DNA of 61,593 nt, counting the filler. It is 8 parts of 8 records of this genome, joined end to end, with 100 filler letters (N's around TTAATTAATTAA, not from the genome) between each part and the next. Parts side by side here need not be neighbours in the genome. Positions count along the whole stretch, not along the records: positions 15,298 to 26,291 come from SRR31147125_126554; positions 26,392 to 32,520 come from SRR31147125_126596; positions 32,621 to 39,928 come from SRR31147125_126783; 5 more parts are not named here. One strand, given 5' to 3'. This document shows positions 22,708 through 34,812 of this stretch, in pieces. Position numbers and translations under genes: made by a program. Below the pieces are notes generated by a model that saw only the letters and a list, made by a program, of their open reading frames with translations, did not search any database and was not told the DNA's origin. How positions within the stretch are numbered: position 1 is the stretch's first letter; every line of letters starts with the position of its first letter.

Positions 22708-25700
22708 TCAATGACTGCCGTGTTGTCCCGGAACCAGCCAATGGGCTCCCAGGGCATCAATCAATTCGTCAATTTCGGCAGCATCATAATCTTCTTTGAC
22801 GAGGGACTCCCGGTAATGGTCGATCAATTCCAGAGCGGCTCGTCTGTTCTTTTCTTCCTGATAAATATCCAGCAAGCGTCGGACCATGGAATCCCGTGTC
22901 ATATCGAGCGCCAGCCCCTGCTGGAGCAAACGCGTGGCATCGGCCCAGCGTCGTCCACGAGTTAGCAGGCGCGCAAGCGTCTCCAGGGCATTCAGGTGTT
23001 TGTTCCTCAGCTCTTCACGCGTGTTCCAGACATCTTCGTCAACTTCGTATGCGGACAGCAGATCGCCCTTCCACAGCGCTTCCACCTTCCACAGCGCAAC
23101 TTCCGCCTGCCACTTGTATCCCCGGCGCAGGGCATAGTGCGCCTGAGATAGTAAACGTTCAACTTCACTGCTGTCTATCCAGATATTCTTTAACGACAGC
23201 ATCCCTTTTTCAAGAACCAGGTAGTGTTTACGGACACTGGTTCCGAAGGCCTCTTCCAAGGACTTGCGCAAGCGGGAGTGGGCCGCGTCGAAGCTGTTCC
23301 TCGCCCGACTGCTCGAGCTCTCCGGCCACAGGCGCCCCATCAGGGTTTCTAGGCTCATCGTATTATTCTGACTGACCACCAGCAGAGCGAAGATCTGGCG
23401 CGACGCAAACCCCACCTGCCCGAGATCAAAATTGTCCTCTTGGACCCACGCCTGAAACGTCCCCAGAGTGTAAATCCTGAGCAGGGGAACCGCATCCCCT
23501 TTGGGAGAAATGCTCTGTGAGCGGAACAAGCTGAACATCGGCCGGAGAACCTCACGCAGACCATCCCCTTCAAGAGCCTCAGCCGATCCAGCAGGCCTGC
23601 TGTCAGCCCCCAGAAAAAATAGCTTTTCTGCTGCTTCAACAACCTCAGAAAAGCATTCAAATGGGTTTTGCGCTCATCGGACTGCCCTTGCACCTCAGCC
23701 AGAACCATCAGCCAGGCGTGCAGACCAATCCGACTGCGCAACTCGCCGATCCGGGACGAATGGGCCAATCCCTCGTTCAGATACTGAGCCGCCTGATCAT
23801 AGTGTTCCAGTTCAATACAGGTCATCCCGGCTAGAAGCAGATTTTCGAGGCGCATCAGAACACCTCCTGCAACCTCCCGCTGCTGCAACGCCTCTTCCAT
23901 ATCCTGCTGCGCCAGCTCATGGTGACCTTTCCGCGCGTGGCAGTAGGCACGCAGCTGGAGCAGACGACTGCCGGCACCAAGATCAATCGATGCAGACGGG
24001 TTCATGCGCGCCACTTCAAGAAGCTCCAGAGCGTCACTCTCGCAGCCATGCGCGAGCAGCAGTTGTGCTTCATAATAATTCAACAGCGGGATAAAAAGCC
24101 CCTGTTCCGGTTTGCGATCCAGCACCAGTCGCTGTTGCCGGAAGCCGTCCAGATCTCCTTCCGCGTGAAGCTGTTCACAAGCGATCAGACGCAGAACAGA
24201 ACGACGGATATCGACGACGATCTGACCCAGCATACCGAAGCCCTGTTCGACAGCGGCTTTCGCGACGAGCAAGCGCCCACGATACACTTCCAGAGAAAAC
24301 TTCAGGGCGTGAACGTCAATCAGAGGCCGTGTCAGCTGCTCCCGCTGCCCTTCCGACAGGGCCTGCTCGACCATCTCTTCAACATCATCGATGTCGCCGG
24401 CAAAATAGAGAGAAATCTGGCCACAGGCGGTCAGCACCCGGATCCGCTCACCCGGCTCAAGAAGCGTCTTCTGCGCATCAAACAGCCGTACCATAAGCGG
24501 CCACCGCTCGCTCCAGCGCTCGTAATTTCCGTCCACGCAGAGGGTCAGGTAAACCTGATACACGAGGGATAGCAGCTGTCCCCGCTCCTGCTGAGACCCT
24601 TCAAACAGCTGATAGGACAGCTCAAGCCAGATTCCGGTGTCGGCTGACATGGTCTGCAGCTCAAAAACACCTCTGAACAGAGACATCCAGCCACAGCGAG
24701 CAACCTCCTCATCCGGAATCCCGGAAAACACCCGCATCAGTTCGAGGATGTCTGTCGCATCGAACAGGGTCAAACCGTACTGGCTTAACAACTGCGAGAT
24801 CGCCTGATACTGTTTCCCTCTCAGGAGGCAATCACAGGCCGCAACATATTCACCCCGCTGACAATAGTCATCCGCCGCCAGGAGAAAACCTGGGAGCACC
24901 CGGTTGAATCCAGCTCCTGACCCGCCTTTGACCGAAGAAAACCTCTAACATCGTCCGTAAACGAAAGTCTCAACTCCCCGTTATCGCCCTCTTGCACCAG
25001 AGCCAGATCATGGCGATGAAAGTACTCAAAAGCGGCTTCCACATCGTTCAGATCACTGAGCCTTTTTGCCAGTTTCAGCGGGACTGCGTCCAGAAGAGAG
25101 AGCTTCAGAAATGTCTGTTTCCAGGCGTCGGGGAAATCGGTCGTCAAACAATCGAACAGATGCGTCTTGTTTTCGGCCTTTCGCTCAGGATCAACGCCGC
25201 AAGAGTCGAGATCAACTCTTCCGAAGGCTCCCGGTCTACGCCATCACCCGCCATCAGCAAACCGCTGACCCACCGCCTCACCCTCGACTGCTCCTCAGCC
25301 GTCTGACGATCTGAGTCGTTCTGCTCCTGCAGGCGCCGTTCGTTGTCACACATCCTGAGCATGACCTTGATCCGCGCCAACATTTCAACGTTGCTGATCG
25401 GCTGGGTAATAAAATCATAAGCTCCAACTTCGAGCCCTTCCGCCCTGAGTTCTGGCTCGGCCAGATGGGCGGTCATCAGGACCAGAGGCAGACCTGCAGT
25501 TCGAGGATCCTCATTCAGTTTGCGACACATCTCAAGGCCGCTCATGTGGGGCATCTGAACATCGATAAAGGCCCCGTCGATCGGCTCCTTCGCCGCCAGT
25601 TCCAGCCCCTCCGCCCCGCTAGAGGCCGTCAGGACACGAATCTTTGGCAGGTCAAGCTCGATAATCTTCACCAGCAGCAGCAGGTTGGTCGGATTGTCAT

Positions 25701-25737
25701 CAACCAACAGCAGAGTATATGTCCTGTTCACGTCCAT
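22708..25737 (-). CDS. REC + MalT-like/TPR + wHTH-BTAD (SARP-type) transcriptional regulator, probably one gene with three frameshifts
   Basis: Four overlapping ORFs: REC (LLVDDN, FIDVQMP), two helical/TPR-like ORFs, and LRIYTLGTF...RLWPESS..ARNSFDAAHSRLRK...WIDS followed by BTAD-like helices. Confidence 0.65.
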
Positions 25738-25747
25738 TGTCCGACCC

Positions 25748-26291
25748 CTAAACCGGCATCAGGCCTGCAAATTTGGAGAGCAACTTTTTCGTCCCGACGG
25801 AATCGAAGTAGACTGTCACCTTCTGCTTGTCCCCTTCTCCCTCAAGTCTCCTCACCGTACCGATGCCGAACTTGACATGCCGGACCTTAAGCCCGAGGCG
25901 GAAGCCACCCTGAGCCGCAGCGGGTTTCGACGTCTTCCGTGGCGGTGTCGGGCGCGGAACCTCTGCGATCACGTCCGGCTCTGCACTAACAACCAGCTCC
26001 TGAGTCCCACCCCCGACCAGATCCGCCAGAGACGCAAGGTTGTGATTCCCGAAGTCTGTACTCTCGGTCTCCTCCACTTCGTACCCCTCGACCAGTTCTC
26101 CCGGAATTTCATCGAGAAAACGGCTTGGAGGATTAAACTGATACGTTCCGTAAACACGTCTCCGCCGCGCGTGAGACAGATACAGTTTCTGCATCGCCCG
26201 GGTCATGCCGACATAGCAGAGCCGCCGCTCTTCGGCCAGCTCTTCACCCAGATCTCCGGAACGTGGTGAGGGAACAGTCCTTCCTCCATTC
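25748..26291 (-). CDS. UvrD/PcrA helicase C-terminus, 5'-partial
   Basis: MEEGLFPH...EERRLCYVGMTRA, PSRFLDEIP and Tudor-like tail KVRHVKFGIGTV. Confidence 0.92.
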
Positions 26292-26391
26292 NNNNNNNNN
26301 NNNNNNNNNNNNNNNNNNNNNNNNNNNNNNNNNNNTTAATTAATTAANNNNNNNNNNNNNNNNNNNNNNNNNNNNNNNNNNNNNNNNNNNN
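26292..26391. other. Artificial contig spacer
   Basis: N44-TTAATTAATTAA-N44. Confidence 0.98.
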
Positions 26392-26525
26392 TTTTTTTAA
26401 AACACTATTTTAGCAATCCATAAAATGACAATCAAATGACCGAAGAAAGAATGGACGGCAGTTTACTTACCAAGAAAAAATTTAAGGAGAGACTTATTTA
26501 ATAAAATAGTGCTGCTCTATAACAC

Positions 26526-26550
26526 AAAAGCCCAGCTTTGCTGGGCTTTT
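26526..26550 (-). terminator. Intrinsic terminator after the orphan immunity gene
   Basis: AAAAGCCCAGC-TTT-GCTGGGCTTTT perfect hairpin. Confidence 0.8.
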
Positions 26551-26557
26551 CCATAAC

Positions 26558-26749
26558 CTATATTGACTCTACATCTCTTTGGGAAACTGTCAGTACCGCA
26601 ATCGATTCATTATTATTATCTACAAATTCAACTTCATATTCAATAGGATTTGAGTCATAGACAATCAGGATTGTTCCTCTCATCCCTACTTTAACTGTAT
26701 TTTTTCCCAAATTTTTGGTTGCTTTAACGATATCATATTCTTTGTACAT
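26558..26749 (-). CDS. DUF4926-like small immunity protein
   Basis: EYDIVKA...GMRGTILIVY...YEVEFVD; 3 nt downstream of the toxin CT. Confidence 0.8.
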   Translation of the reverse strand: MYKEYDIVKATKNLGKNTVKVGMRGTILIVYDSNPIEYEVEFVDNNNESIAVLTVSQRDVESI

Positions 26750-26752
26750 AAT

Positions 26753-27598
26753 TTACTTTTTAGCAGGAACAGCTGTTACTAATCGTACTACATCATCATT
26801 ATTTTTAATCCAACCAAAGGTTACATCAATCTTACGTCCATTTGCTCCCGTAATTCGTATTATTTGGTTATATTTTGTTCCGAACTGATTTGCACCAATT
26901 TTAGTAGCTTTTTGGGGATTAAATCTAATTTGTTTCGCCAAATCAGAGGCATTCTCAGTTGTAAAACCTAAAGCTTGTTCAAACCATTTGGCTTTGTCTT
27001 TCCCAATTGCATGGCTTTTGTTCAGTATATACCTTGCTAGCTTATCATCAACGCTTTTCGCTGTTAACTCTGCAATTTCCTCTATTGCTTCTTTTGTAAG
27101 CTTCTTCACCAACCATTGCCCACCTTTTCGAATCAGAATAAGCCCTCCTCCAGTAAAAACTACTTCAACAATGTCGTAAATAATATTATTTTGCTCAATC
27201 CCCGCGTTCGAGTATAAATATGCAAGACGAGAGTCATACACATCATGGTCCCAATCATAATATCTATTTCGGATATAGCCACCTTTACGATAGTTCCCTC
27301 CCGGTTTTTCTTCCCCAACTACTTCCAACCCCTCTGTATTTCCATCTTCTCCTTTTTTTCCGTCAGGAGATAAATAAATGTTTTTATCATCAGAATCATC
27401 ATGATAAATAATATTACCTGTAGGATCTATAACCGTTTTTGTAATTGAACCGGCCCACATCCCTGTTGGGTCAATCATTGATATAGGATTATTACCAGCA
27501 TATGTGTATGGACTATCATATTGTCCAAGTGGATCCACCGAGTGCCACCGTGCTAGTGCCGGGTCATAGAATCGGGCCCCATAATCATACCAACTAAT
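26753..27598 (-). pseudogene. Orphan Rhs C-terminal cassette with DUF6883-like toxin domain
   Basis: Frame opens after a TAA at [21 protein letters not shown]...[12 protein letters not shown] with no ATG at its 5' end. CT reads [25 protein letters not shown]...RLVTAVP. Confidence 0.8.
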
Positions 27599-27621
27599 TT
27601 ATTACCACCTCTGGCAGCCTT

Positions 27622-27819
27622 CTAATAATTCAGAGAACGCATTTTTGTCGTAACTAAAAAATTGTTCGTCGTAACAAAATCATCAAATTTTGATTTTACT
27701 ACGATGGATGTGACCACCAAACCTTTTCTTTCAAAGAACAAATATGTTGATATTTCATTTCTTAAGAAACAAAATATCCATATTAAAATCAAAAGTAATA
27801 CTTTAAGTATTATAACCAT
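27622..27819 (-). CDS. Small membrane-anchored ORF or gene remnant between cassettes
   Basis: 65 aa with a hydrophobic N-terminal helix; no recognisable family. Confidence 0.3.
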   Translation of the reverse strand: MVIILKVLLLILIWIFCFLRNEISTYLFFERKGLVVTSIVVKSKFDDFVTTNNFLVTTKMRSLNY

Positions 27820-27827
27820 GTCATTTT

Positions 27828-27856
27828 AAAAAGCCCAGCAAACCTGCCGGGCTTTT
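27828..27856 (-). terminator. Intrinsic terminator after the cognate immunity gene
   Basis: AAAAAGCCCAGCA-AACC-TGCCGGGCTTTT. Confidence 0.75.
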
Positions 27857-27877
27857 ATTGTTTATTAAAATAATCTG

Positions 27878-28471
27878 CTATTCAATTAGCGTTTTGATTC
27901 TATCATCGGTATAATTCTTTAAAACACAACTTTCTGTATTAATAGCATTTAAAATATTCTTGATAGCTTCATTAAGCTCTTCATAATATACGCCAAAGCT
28001 TCCTGTATGATGAAAATATAAAACAAAATTATTTGCAGGAGAGTATAGCATGATGCTGTAAGGAGCCTTATGTGATAAAATACATTTTAAAGCAATTGGT
28101 AAAAATATATCCCATTTTTTGCAACGACAAAGTCCAGTATATTCAGGATTTATCTCGTTCTCAACAAGCATTCTTAAATAATCAGCCGTTTCTTCGCTCT
28201 TATTCTCAGTCGAATAATCATAACTATCTTTATTAACATCCCATGTGTCCATGCAAAAATCTCCCCAACTTGCCATAGGATTTGGTTGCCCAATTACAAA
28301 ATCGGGAAGAAAACTTTTAAATAAAGAATAGAGAAGCATCATTATTTCTGTAATAGAAGTCTCCTTATCCATATATAATTCAAACTTATACCCATCGCTA
28401 TCCGGTAAGTAATCAAAGTTTAACCATTCAAATGGCTCAAACTCAGAATCAAATTTCTCTATTATTTTCAT
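27878..28471 (-). CDS. Putative immunity protein for the main Rhs toxin
   Basis: AT-rich 197-aa ORF starting 2 nt after the Rhs stop codon. Confidence 0.7.
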   Translation of the reverse strand: MKIIEKFDSEFEPFEWLNFDYLPDSDGYKFELYMDKETSITEIMMLLYSLFKSFLPDFVIGQPNPMASWGDFCMDTWDVNKDSYDYSTENKSEETADYLRMLVENEINPEYTGLCRCKKWDIFLPIALKCILSHKAPYSIMLYSPANNFVLYFHHTGSFGVYYEELNEAIKNILNAINTESCVLKNYTDDRIKTLIE

Positions 28472-28473
28472 TG

Positions 28474-31400
28474 CTATTTTACAGTTGATAATTGTCCCCA
28501 AGAAATTGCTTTACCAACATTTCCTTTGTGTTTGTTTAATATGAAATTACCAAATTCATCGGCATCTTTATACCATTTTAGTCCTTGTTTTGACTCCTTG
28601 AAGACTTTAAACTTACTACCTCCATGTCCGGCTCTATCTAAAGCCCACCATAATCCGTCCGACTTACTTTTATAAAGAGTTCCAAATGTTTTGTGATATT
28701 TAACGGCAGATGAACCTTGTTTGGTAAGTTTCCATAAACCACCTAGATTCTTAATTTTTCCAGGTGTTGGAGCAACTCCCATGATGGGTGAAGGTCCTGT
28801 TGCATTCCCATCAAAATCATATTTCCAACCATCAATATTTCCACCAGTCCATAAAAATTTTAAAAGTCCATTAGAACCCCTAAAATCTTGTTTCGAAGCC
28901 ATTGCGGTAAAAGGGAGAGCATCAGGCATTTCACCTACTGCTGTAGCTCCTCCTACTGTTGAAGAAAATGCTCCACCGTCCCCATTATTTGAACCTGCTG
29001 CTCCATCCAATGCATCGTAAACATTTGACATGCTGGAATTTCCACTACTTACATGTTTCAACATGGATTGATAATTAACAATATCATCACCTGTTACTTT
29101 GTAACCAGTAACGTTGCCATCATCATCATAGATGTATTCAACATCCATCCCTGTAGGGTCAATATTTACAAGTGGGTTATTATTAAAGAATGCATAAGGG
29201 CTAATTTCAACGTAAGAATCTGCATGTGGGTCAATACTATGAGTACGCCCCAGGCTTGGGTCATAGAATCGTGCCCCGTAATCGTACCAGTTCAAATCAT
29301 ACTCATCCTGCAACTCTTTTCCGTTGTAGAGGTATTTCGTAGCACTCGGGTCTGTGTTGTACCATTGTGCCATTTCCATACCAAAAGGGTAGTAATCTTT
29401 GTATTGCAATGGTTCCGCCTTTGTATCCACATCCTTAAATGATACCCTGGTGTTACCCAGGTGGTCTTTTAAATCGTACTGGTATTCCCATGTGCCACTG
29501 TTGTCAATTACGCGGCCTTCACCTGTCAGTATCACTTCTTGTCCGTCAATTTTAAGAACGCTGCCCTGGTAATAAGTATTTGCCCCAGCGGCTCTTTTCT
29601 TCAACTTATTTCCTAAAGCATCGTAAATATAAGTAATCGTACCATCGTCTGCAACTATTTCTTCGGGCAGGTTCAGGTAGTTGTAATCGATTGAACCTTT
29701 ACCCGGCACGTTGATTGCATTCCCATTATCATCGTATGAATATTCTGAGGAAGAATCATACTCGTATTCTATATCATGATATGCATTCTCACCATAATCC
29801 CTGACTTTTTCGAGCCGGTTACTTTCACTCTCATAAAAATAAGTAAGTTCATCAATATAGCCGTACACCGGAGTATCCCCACTTACTTTTCTGTTTCCTT
29901 TCCTGTTTAGGGTATGTAAATTCCCGTTTTTATAGTAAGTATACTGGGTATTAAAATTCCCTGTATTCACATCTGAACCCTCCGGAGTATATTCCTTGTA
30001 ATATGCATTCCCCAAACGGTTCAGTGCATCGTAATCAAAGGTGTATTCCAATTTATTAGCCGGAGCAATACAATCGTTTTCATCGAGCAGTGCATGTTTC
30101 CAGTTCATGCCCTGTATATTCCCGTTACTGAAGTAGTCAAGCGACTGTGCAAAGAGTTTGTTGCGAGTCGTATCGCTAAAGTTGTTTACCTGTGTAAGCC
30201 ATCCCCTAACATCGTATAGGTAATCAATATCCTGTATGTAACTGGTATCGTTGGCACAGTGTAACTTTTGTAACGTCAGCTGTCCCAACTCGTTGTAATC
30301 GTTTTGGGCAAGTACAACCCTTCCGTTTTCAGTATCGCCGGTAATTTCCTGTTCCACTTTTTCCAGGCGTCCTGCATGGTCGTAGGTATAGAATTTGGTA
30401 ATTTTATGGTCTACCTGTCCGCTGTAATCTTCAACACTTTGCAAGAGGTTGCCTGCAAAATCGTAGGAGTTCTGTATCTCAGCATCAATAAAGCCCGATG
30501 GGTTATCAATATTGGTTTGTATTACCCTGTACTTATCATCATAAAAAGTATAGGTTTTATGGTAATCTTCGTCGTTGTCAAGTAGTAAAGCTTTTTGCCA
30601 GGTCACTTGTCCTTTAACAGCAGTATTTTTAGTTGCCAGGTTACAAAGCGAATTGGAAGGATAAGTATCGTAGGCAGTTTGTGTTATCACCTCTTCAAAA
30701 TCACAGTCTTCCGGAAATATGATAGTATTTTCAAAAAGGTTACAAAGCCAGGAAATTCCCCATCCTCTTCTCATTCTTAACCATCCGGTTTCAACCGGAC
30801 GATTAAAGTCATCGTACTTTGTGAAAAGATATCTCCTGCTATCTTCATCTCTTGTATTTCCATCCTGTACCAGTACCATCCTGTCGCGTGCATCGTAAAC
30901 CATGAATACATATTCAGCCCCAGGTAGTTGTTTGGTTACCATGCGTTTGCGTTTGTCGTATTTATAGTAGTAACATAAACCTTTTACTTCAGAGCTGGCT
31001 GGAGTATAGGAACTACCAGTCATTTCTTCGGTAGCCTCAGGAGGAAGCACATATCTTAATAGTCCAAAATCATCGTAAACGTAATATGTTTTGGCAGAAC
31101 CGCCTGCCACCTTCAGTATAACCTGCCCCAGTTTGTCTTTATATTCTTCCGTTATTTTACCGCTGGCATCCGTAGTTTTGGTGCGGTAAAGCTCTCCTGT
31201 TTCATAATCGTTGCCTCTAACCAAGCCGTTGGAATCATCCACAGTCCATATGGTCACTGCGCCGGTATTTGTCCCGTATTCGTAGGTAATTGTCCCACCT
31301 TCCGGGTCTTTTACCGAAAGTACCCTGTTTAGTGGTGAACTTTCGTAAGTAGTCAGGGAATGGTCAGGATTGGAACCACCATGGTAGGTCATCCCATCCA

Positions 31401-32520
31401 CCGGAGAGCCGTTTACCCCGCTGTAGAAAGCATCAATATTGTTGCCAATATCGTTTACAAAGGCACCTCTTCCGTGTACAGAGGAAGGAATATAATTCAT
31501 GTTTTTTCTTCCGAAACTATCGTATTCCACACCTGTCACCAGGTCGTTAAAGAAGTAACTCTGGTTCACCGCCACGGTTTGTTCAGGTCGTCCCAACCCG
31601 TCGTAATACTGTACCACAGCCCCTTGTTCTTCCAGCGGCAGGCTGGTTAAAGCCGCTTCGTTGGTCACCTCTTTTACCGGGCTGTAACTAAGCACATAGT
31701 TTTTGTCAGAAGGTGTTTGTATGGTTTCATCAGCCTGTACCGGCACCGAAACAAAATAACTGTTATGGGGAATATATTCTCCTGTTTCGGGGTCTTCAAT
31801 TGAATAAGCCGACCTTGCCCTGTAGCGTGTAGAACGGGAAGGGCTGCCAACTGCAAAAACAGAGTCCAGGGAAGTCTGGAAAGGCAGCCCTTTGTAACTG
31901 TCGTACCACTCCCAGTGCCCAAAAGCACCATATCTTCCTTTATGGACAGTTAAAGTGTTATTATTTTCTATCAGCGAAACTGGGTGTGCAATAATGGAAT
32001 CAGAAGGCAGGTATATTAAAACACTGTCAGTCCATGCCTGTTGTCCCATATCATCGCTTACTCCTCTGCGGAACCATGTACTTTTTCCGGTAAATCCGGC
32101 AGGTAATTTTCGCTGTTGGTATTGTCTATGGTTATCCATCCCAGCAACTCATCGTCCATCATCTCCCACTGGTAGGTATAGGGGGTCAGGCCTTCACTTG
32201 CGGGCTCTTCACTAACAAGTTCCTGTGGCAACTGTCCCGGGGCAAGGGTATCGCTGCAACAGATTAAACCGGGATTTAAAGGATTGCCTGTTTGTATAAA
32301 TACAGTATTTGTTTCCTCTTGGCATTGACCGGAACTTACCCTTACCCTGTAATAAACAGAAGTATCAACAGTAGTAACAAGCATTGATGCAGTTGCCCCC
32401 TGGGGCTCAAAATTAGTACCATCCAAAGATTCCAGCCATTCGTATTCATAACTTCCATCACCTCCTGAAGGTGGTGGGTCTAAAGAAAGAGTTACAAGGG
32501 TTCCCGGAGAGACAACCTGG
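28474..32520 (-). CDS. Rhs/YD-repeat polymorphic toxin (Ig-like repeats + DUF6443-like region + Rhs core + CT toxin), 5'-partial, frameshifted near 32150
   Basis: QYYDGLGRP, YD repeats, LKDHLGNTRV, YLYNGKELQDE...[10 protein letters not shown]...NNPLVNIDPTG, followed by an AT-rich CT. Confidence 0.93.
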
Positions 32521-32620
32521 NNNNNNNNNNNNNNNNNNNNNNNNNNNNNNNNNNNNNNNNNNNNTTAATTAATTAANNNNNNNNNNNNNNNNNNNNNNNN
32601 NNNNNNNNNNNNNNNNNNNN
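32521..32620. other. Artificial contig spacer
   Basis: N44-TTAATTAATTAA-N44. Confidence 0.98.
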
Positions 32621-32632
32621 AGGACAGGTACA

Positions 32633-33375
32633 ATGACCATAGACAAACATATTACCCTGTTCGTCCAATGTATTGTGGACGGCATCTACCCCGAGGCCGG
32701 GGAGGCCATGGTCTCCGTATTTAAAGGGCTCGGATTTACCATGGACTACCCCCCGGACCAGACCTGCTGCGGCCAGCCCGCCTTTAACTCCGGCTACCGC
32801 AACCAGGCCCGTACCGCAGCCAGGCACTTCATTGAGGTCTTTGAACATTCAGGGACCATTGTCTGTCCCTCGGGTTCCTGCGTGGCCATGGTCCGCCACC
32901 ATTACCCGGAACTCTTTCGGGACGAACCGGACTGGCTGGCCCGGGCCCAAGCTGTGGGCAAAAAGACATTTGAGTTCACCGAATACCTGGTGGATGTGCT
33001 GGGACTCAGCGATGTGGGGGCCTCTTTTGAGGGCAAGATCACCTATCATGATTCCTGCCACCTGCTGCGGACCCTTGGGGTTGCAAAACAGCCCAGGCAG
33101 TTGATCAACGGGGTCAGGGGGTTGAATTCGTTGAAATGAAGGATTCCGACACCTGCTGCGGATTCGGCGGAGCCTTTTCCGCCAAATACCCTGATATTTC
33201 CACGGCCATGGTCAAGGAAAAGGCCCAGAACATCATAGACTCCGGCGCCCATGCCGTGGTGGGCTGCGACATGGGGTGCCTGATGAACATCCAGGGATAT
33301 CTGAACCGGAACAACCACGCCGTCAAGGTCATGCATATTGCCCAGTTACTCGCCTCCCGGGAGGTGCAATCATGA
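32633..33375 (+). CDS. lutA: Lactate utilization protein A (CCG Fe-S domains), frameshifted near 33120
   Basis: QTCCGQPAFNSG, CPSGSC, YHDSCH, CCGFGGAF, DMGCLMNI. Confidence 0.92.
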
Positions 33376-34807
33376 CCCAAGTCAAAACCCAGGACTACGT
33401 CCAGGCCGGCCGGGCGGCCATGAAAGATGAGACCCTCCAGTCCGCCCTGTCCAATGTCCAGGGCCGCCTGGCTCCCGGCACACAGGCTGCCTACCGCAAC
33501 CTGCCCGAAGGCCCGGACCTTCGCCTCAAGGCCCACGAAATCCGGGAAAAGACCATCAACAACCTGGACATCGTCCTGGAAACCCTGGCCGAGACCATCC
33601 GTAACAGAGGCGGTAAGGTCTTCTTTGCCCGGACCAAGGAAGAGGCTGTGGAATACTGCCTCAAGGTGGCCCGGGCAAACAATGTCAAACAGGTGGTCAA
33701 GGGCAAGTCCATGGTCACCGAAGAAATCGAACTCAACGAAAACCTGGAAGCCGCCGGCATTGAGGTCAACGAAACCGACCTGGGTGAATACATCATCCAG
33801 CTGGCCGGGGAAAAGCCCTCCCACATCATTGCCCCGGCCATTCACAAGACCCGCCAGCAGGTGGGAAAGCTCTTTGCCGAAAAGATCGGGATTCCCTATA
33901 CCGAGGATCCCCCCACCCTGACCCATGCAGCCAGAAAGGCCCTGCGGGAAAAATTTCTATCCGCCGACATGGGGGTGACAGGCTGCAACCTGGCCTGTGC
34001 CGAGACCGGACACATCTCTCTTGTCTCCAACGAGGGCAATATCCGCATGGCCACCACCCTGCCAAAAGTCCATGTGGCGGTCATGGGCATGGAACGGGTG
34101 GTGCCCAACATAGAAGACCATGAGATCCTCTTCCGCCTGCTCTCCAGAGGGGCGGCGGCCCAGAAGCTGGGGGGCTGTGTCAGCTATATCGGCGGTCCCG
34201 GCGGCCCGGAGTTTCCCGACGGCCCCCAAGAGTTCCACCTGGTCATCCTGGACAACGGCCGCAGCCGGATCCTGGCAGACCCCGAATTCCGGGAAATCCT
34301 CTGCTGCATCCGCTGCTCTGCCTGCCTCAACGCCTGCCCGGTCTACGGAAAGATCGGCGGCCATGCCTATGGTGCAACCTATTGCGGCCCCATTGGTGCG
34401 GTGCTGACCCCGCTGATGGTGGGCATGAACCAGGCCAAGGATCTGTGCCTGGGAGAATCCTTTGCGGGGCCTGCCAGCAGGCCTGCTCCGTGAACATTGA
34501 TCTGCCCCGGATGCTCAGGGAACTGCGGTTCCGCCTGGCCGAGGGGGACCCGGCCTGGGGCACCACACAGGTCAGCCGTTTGGAACACATCGGCTATCAG
34601 GCATTTTCCTTTCTGGCCGGTCACCCCAGACTCTATCGCACCGCCCTGAAACTGGGGGCCTATGCCCTGAAATTTTTCCCCAAAAACAAGGGTATGGTCT
34701 CGAAAATGCCGGGCCTGGGCGCCGGCTGGACCGTCTCCAGGGATATTCGCCCTGTGTCGAGCACCCCCTTCAGGCAGAGGTGGAAAACCATGGATCGGGA
34801 GGAGTAA
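33372..34807 (+). CDS. lutB: Lactate utilization protein B (Fe-S), frameshifted near 34460
   Basis: KGKSMVTEE, ETDLGEYIIQL, PSHIIAPAIH, CIRCSACLNACPVY, CGACQQAC; ATGA overlap with lutA. Confidence 0.93.
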
Positions 34808-34812
34808 AGAAG

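Noticed and set aside
26500-26560. Possible integron attC-like site after the DUF4926-like gene
   Set aside because: No proper RYYYAAC...GTTRRRY pairing and no integrase; better explained as a terminator.
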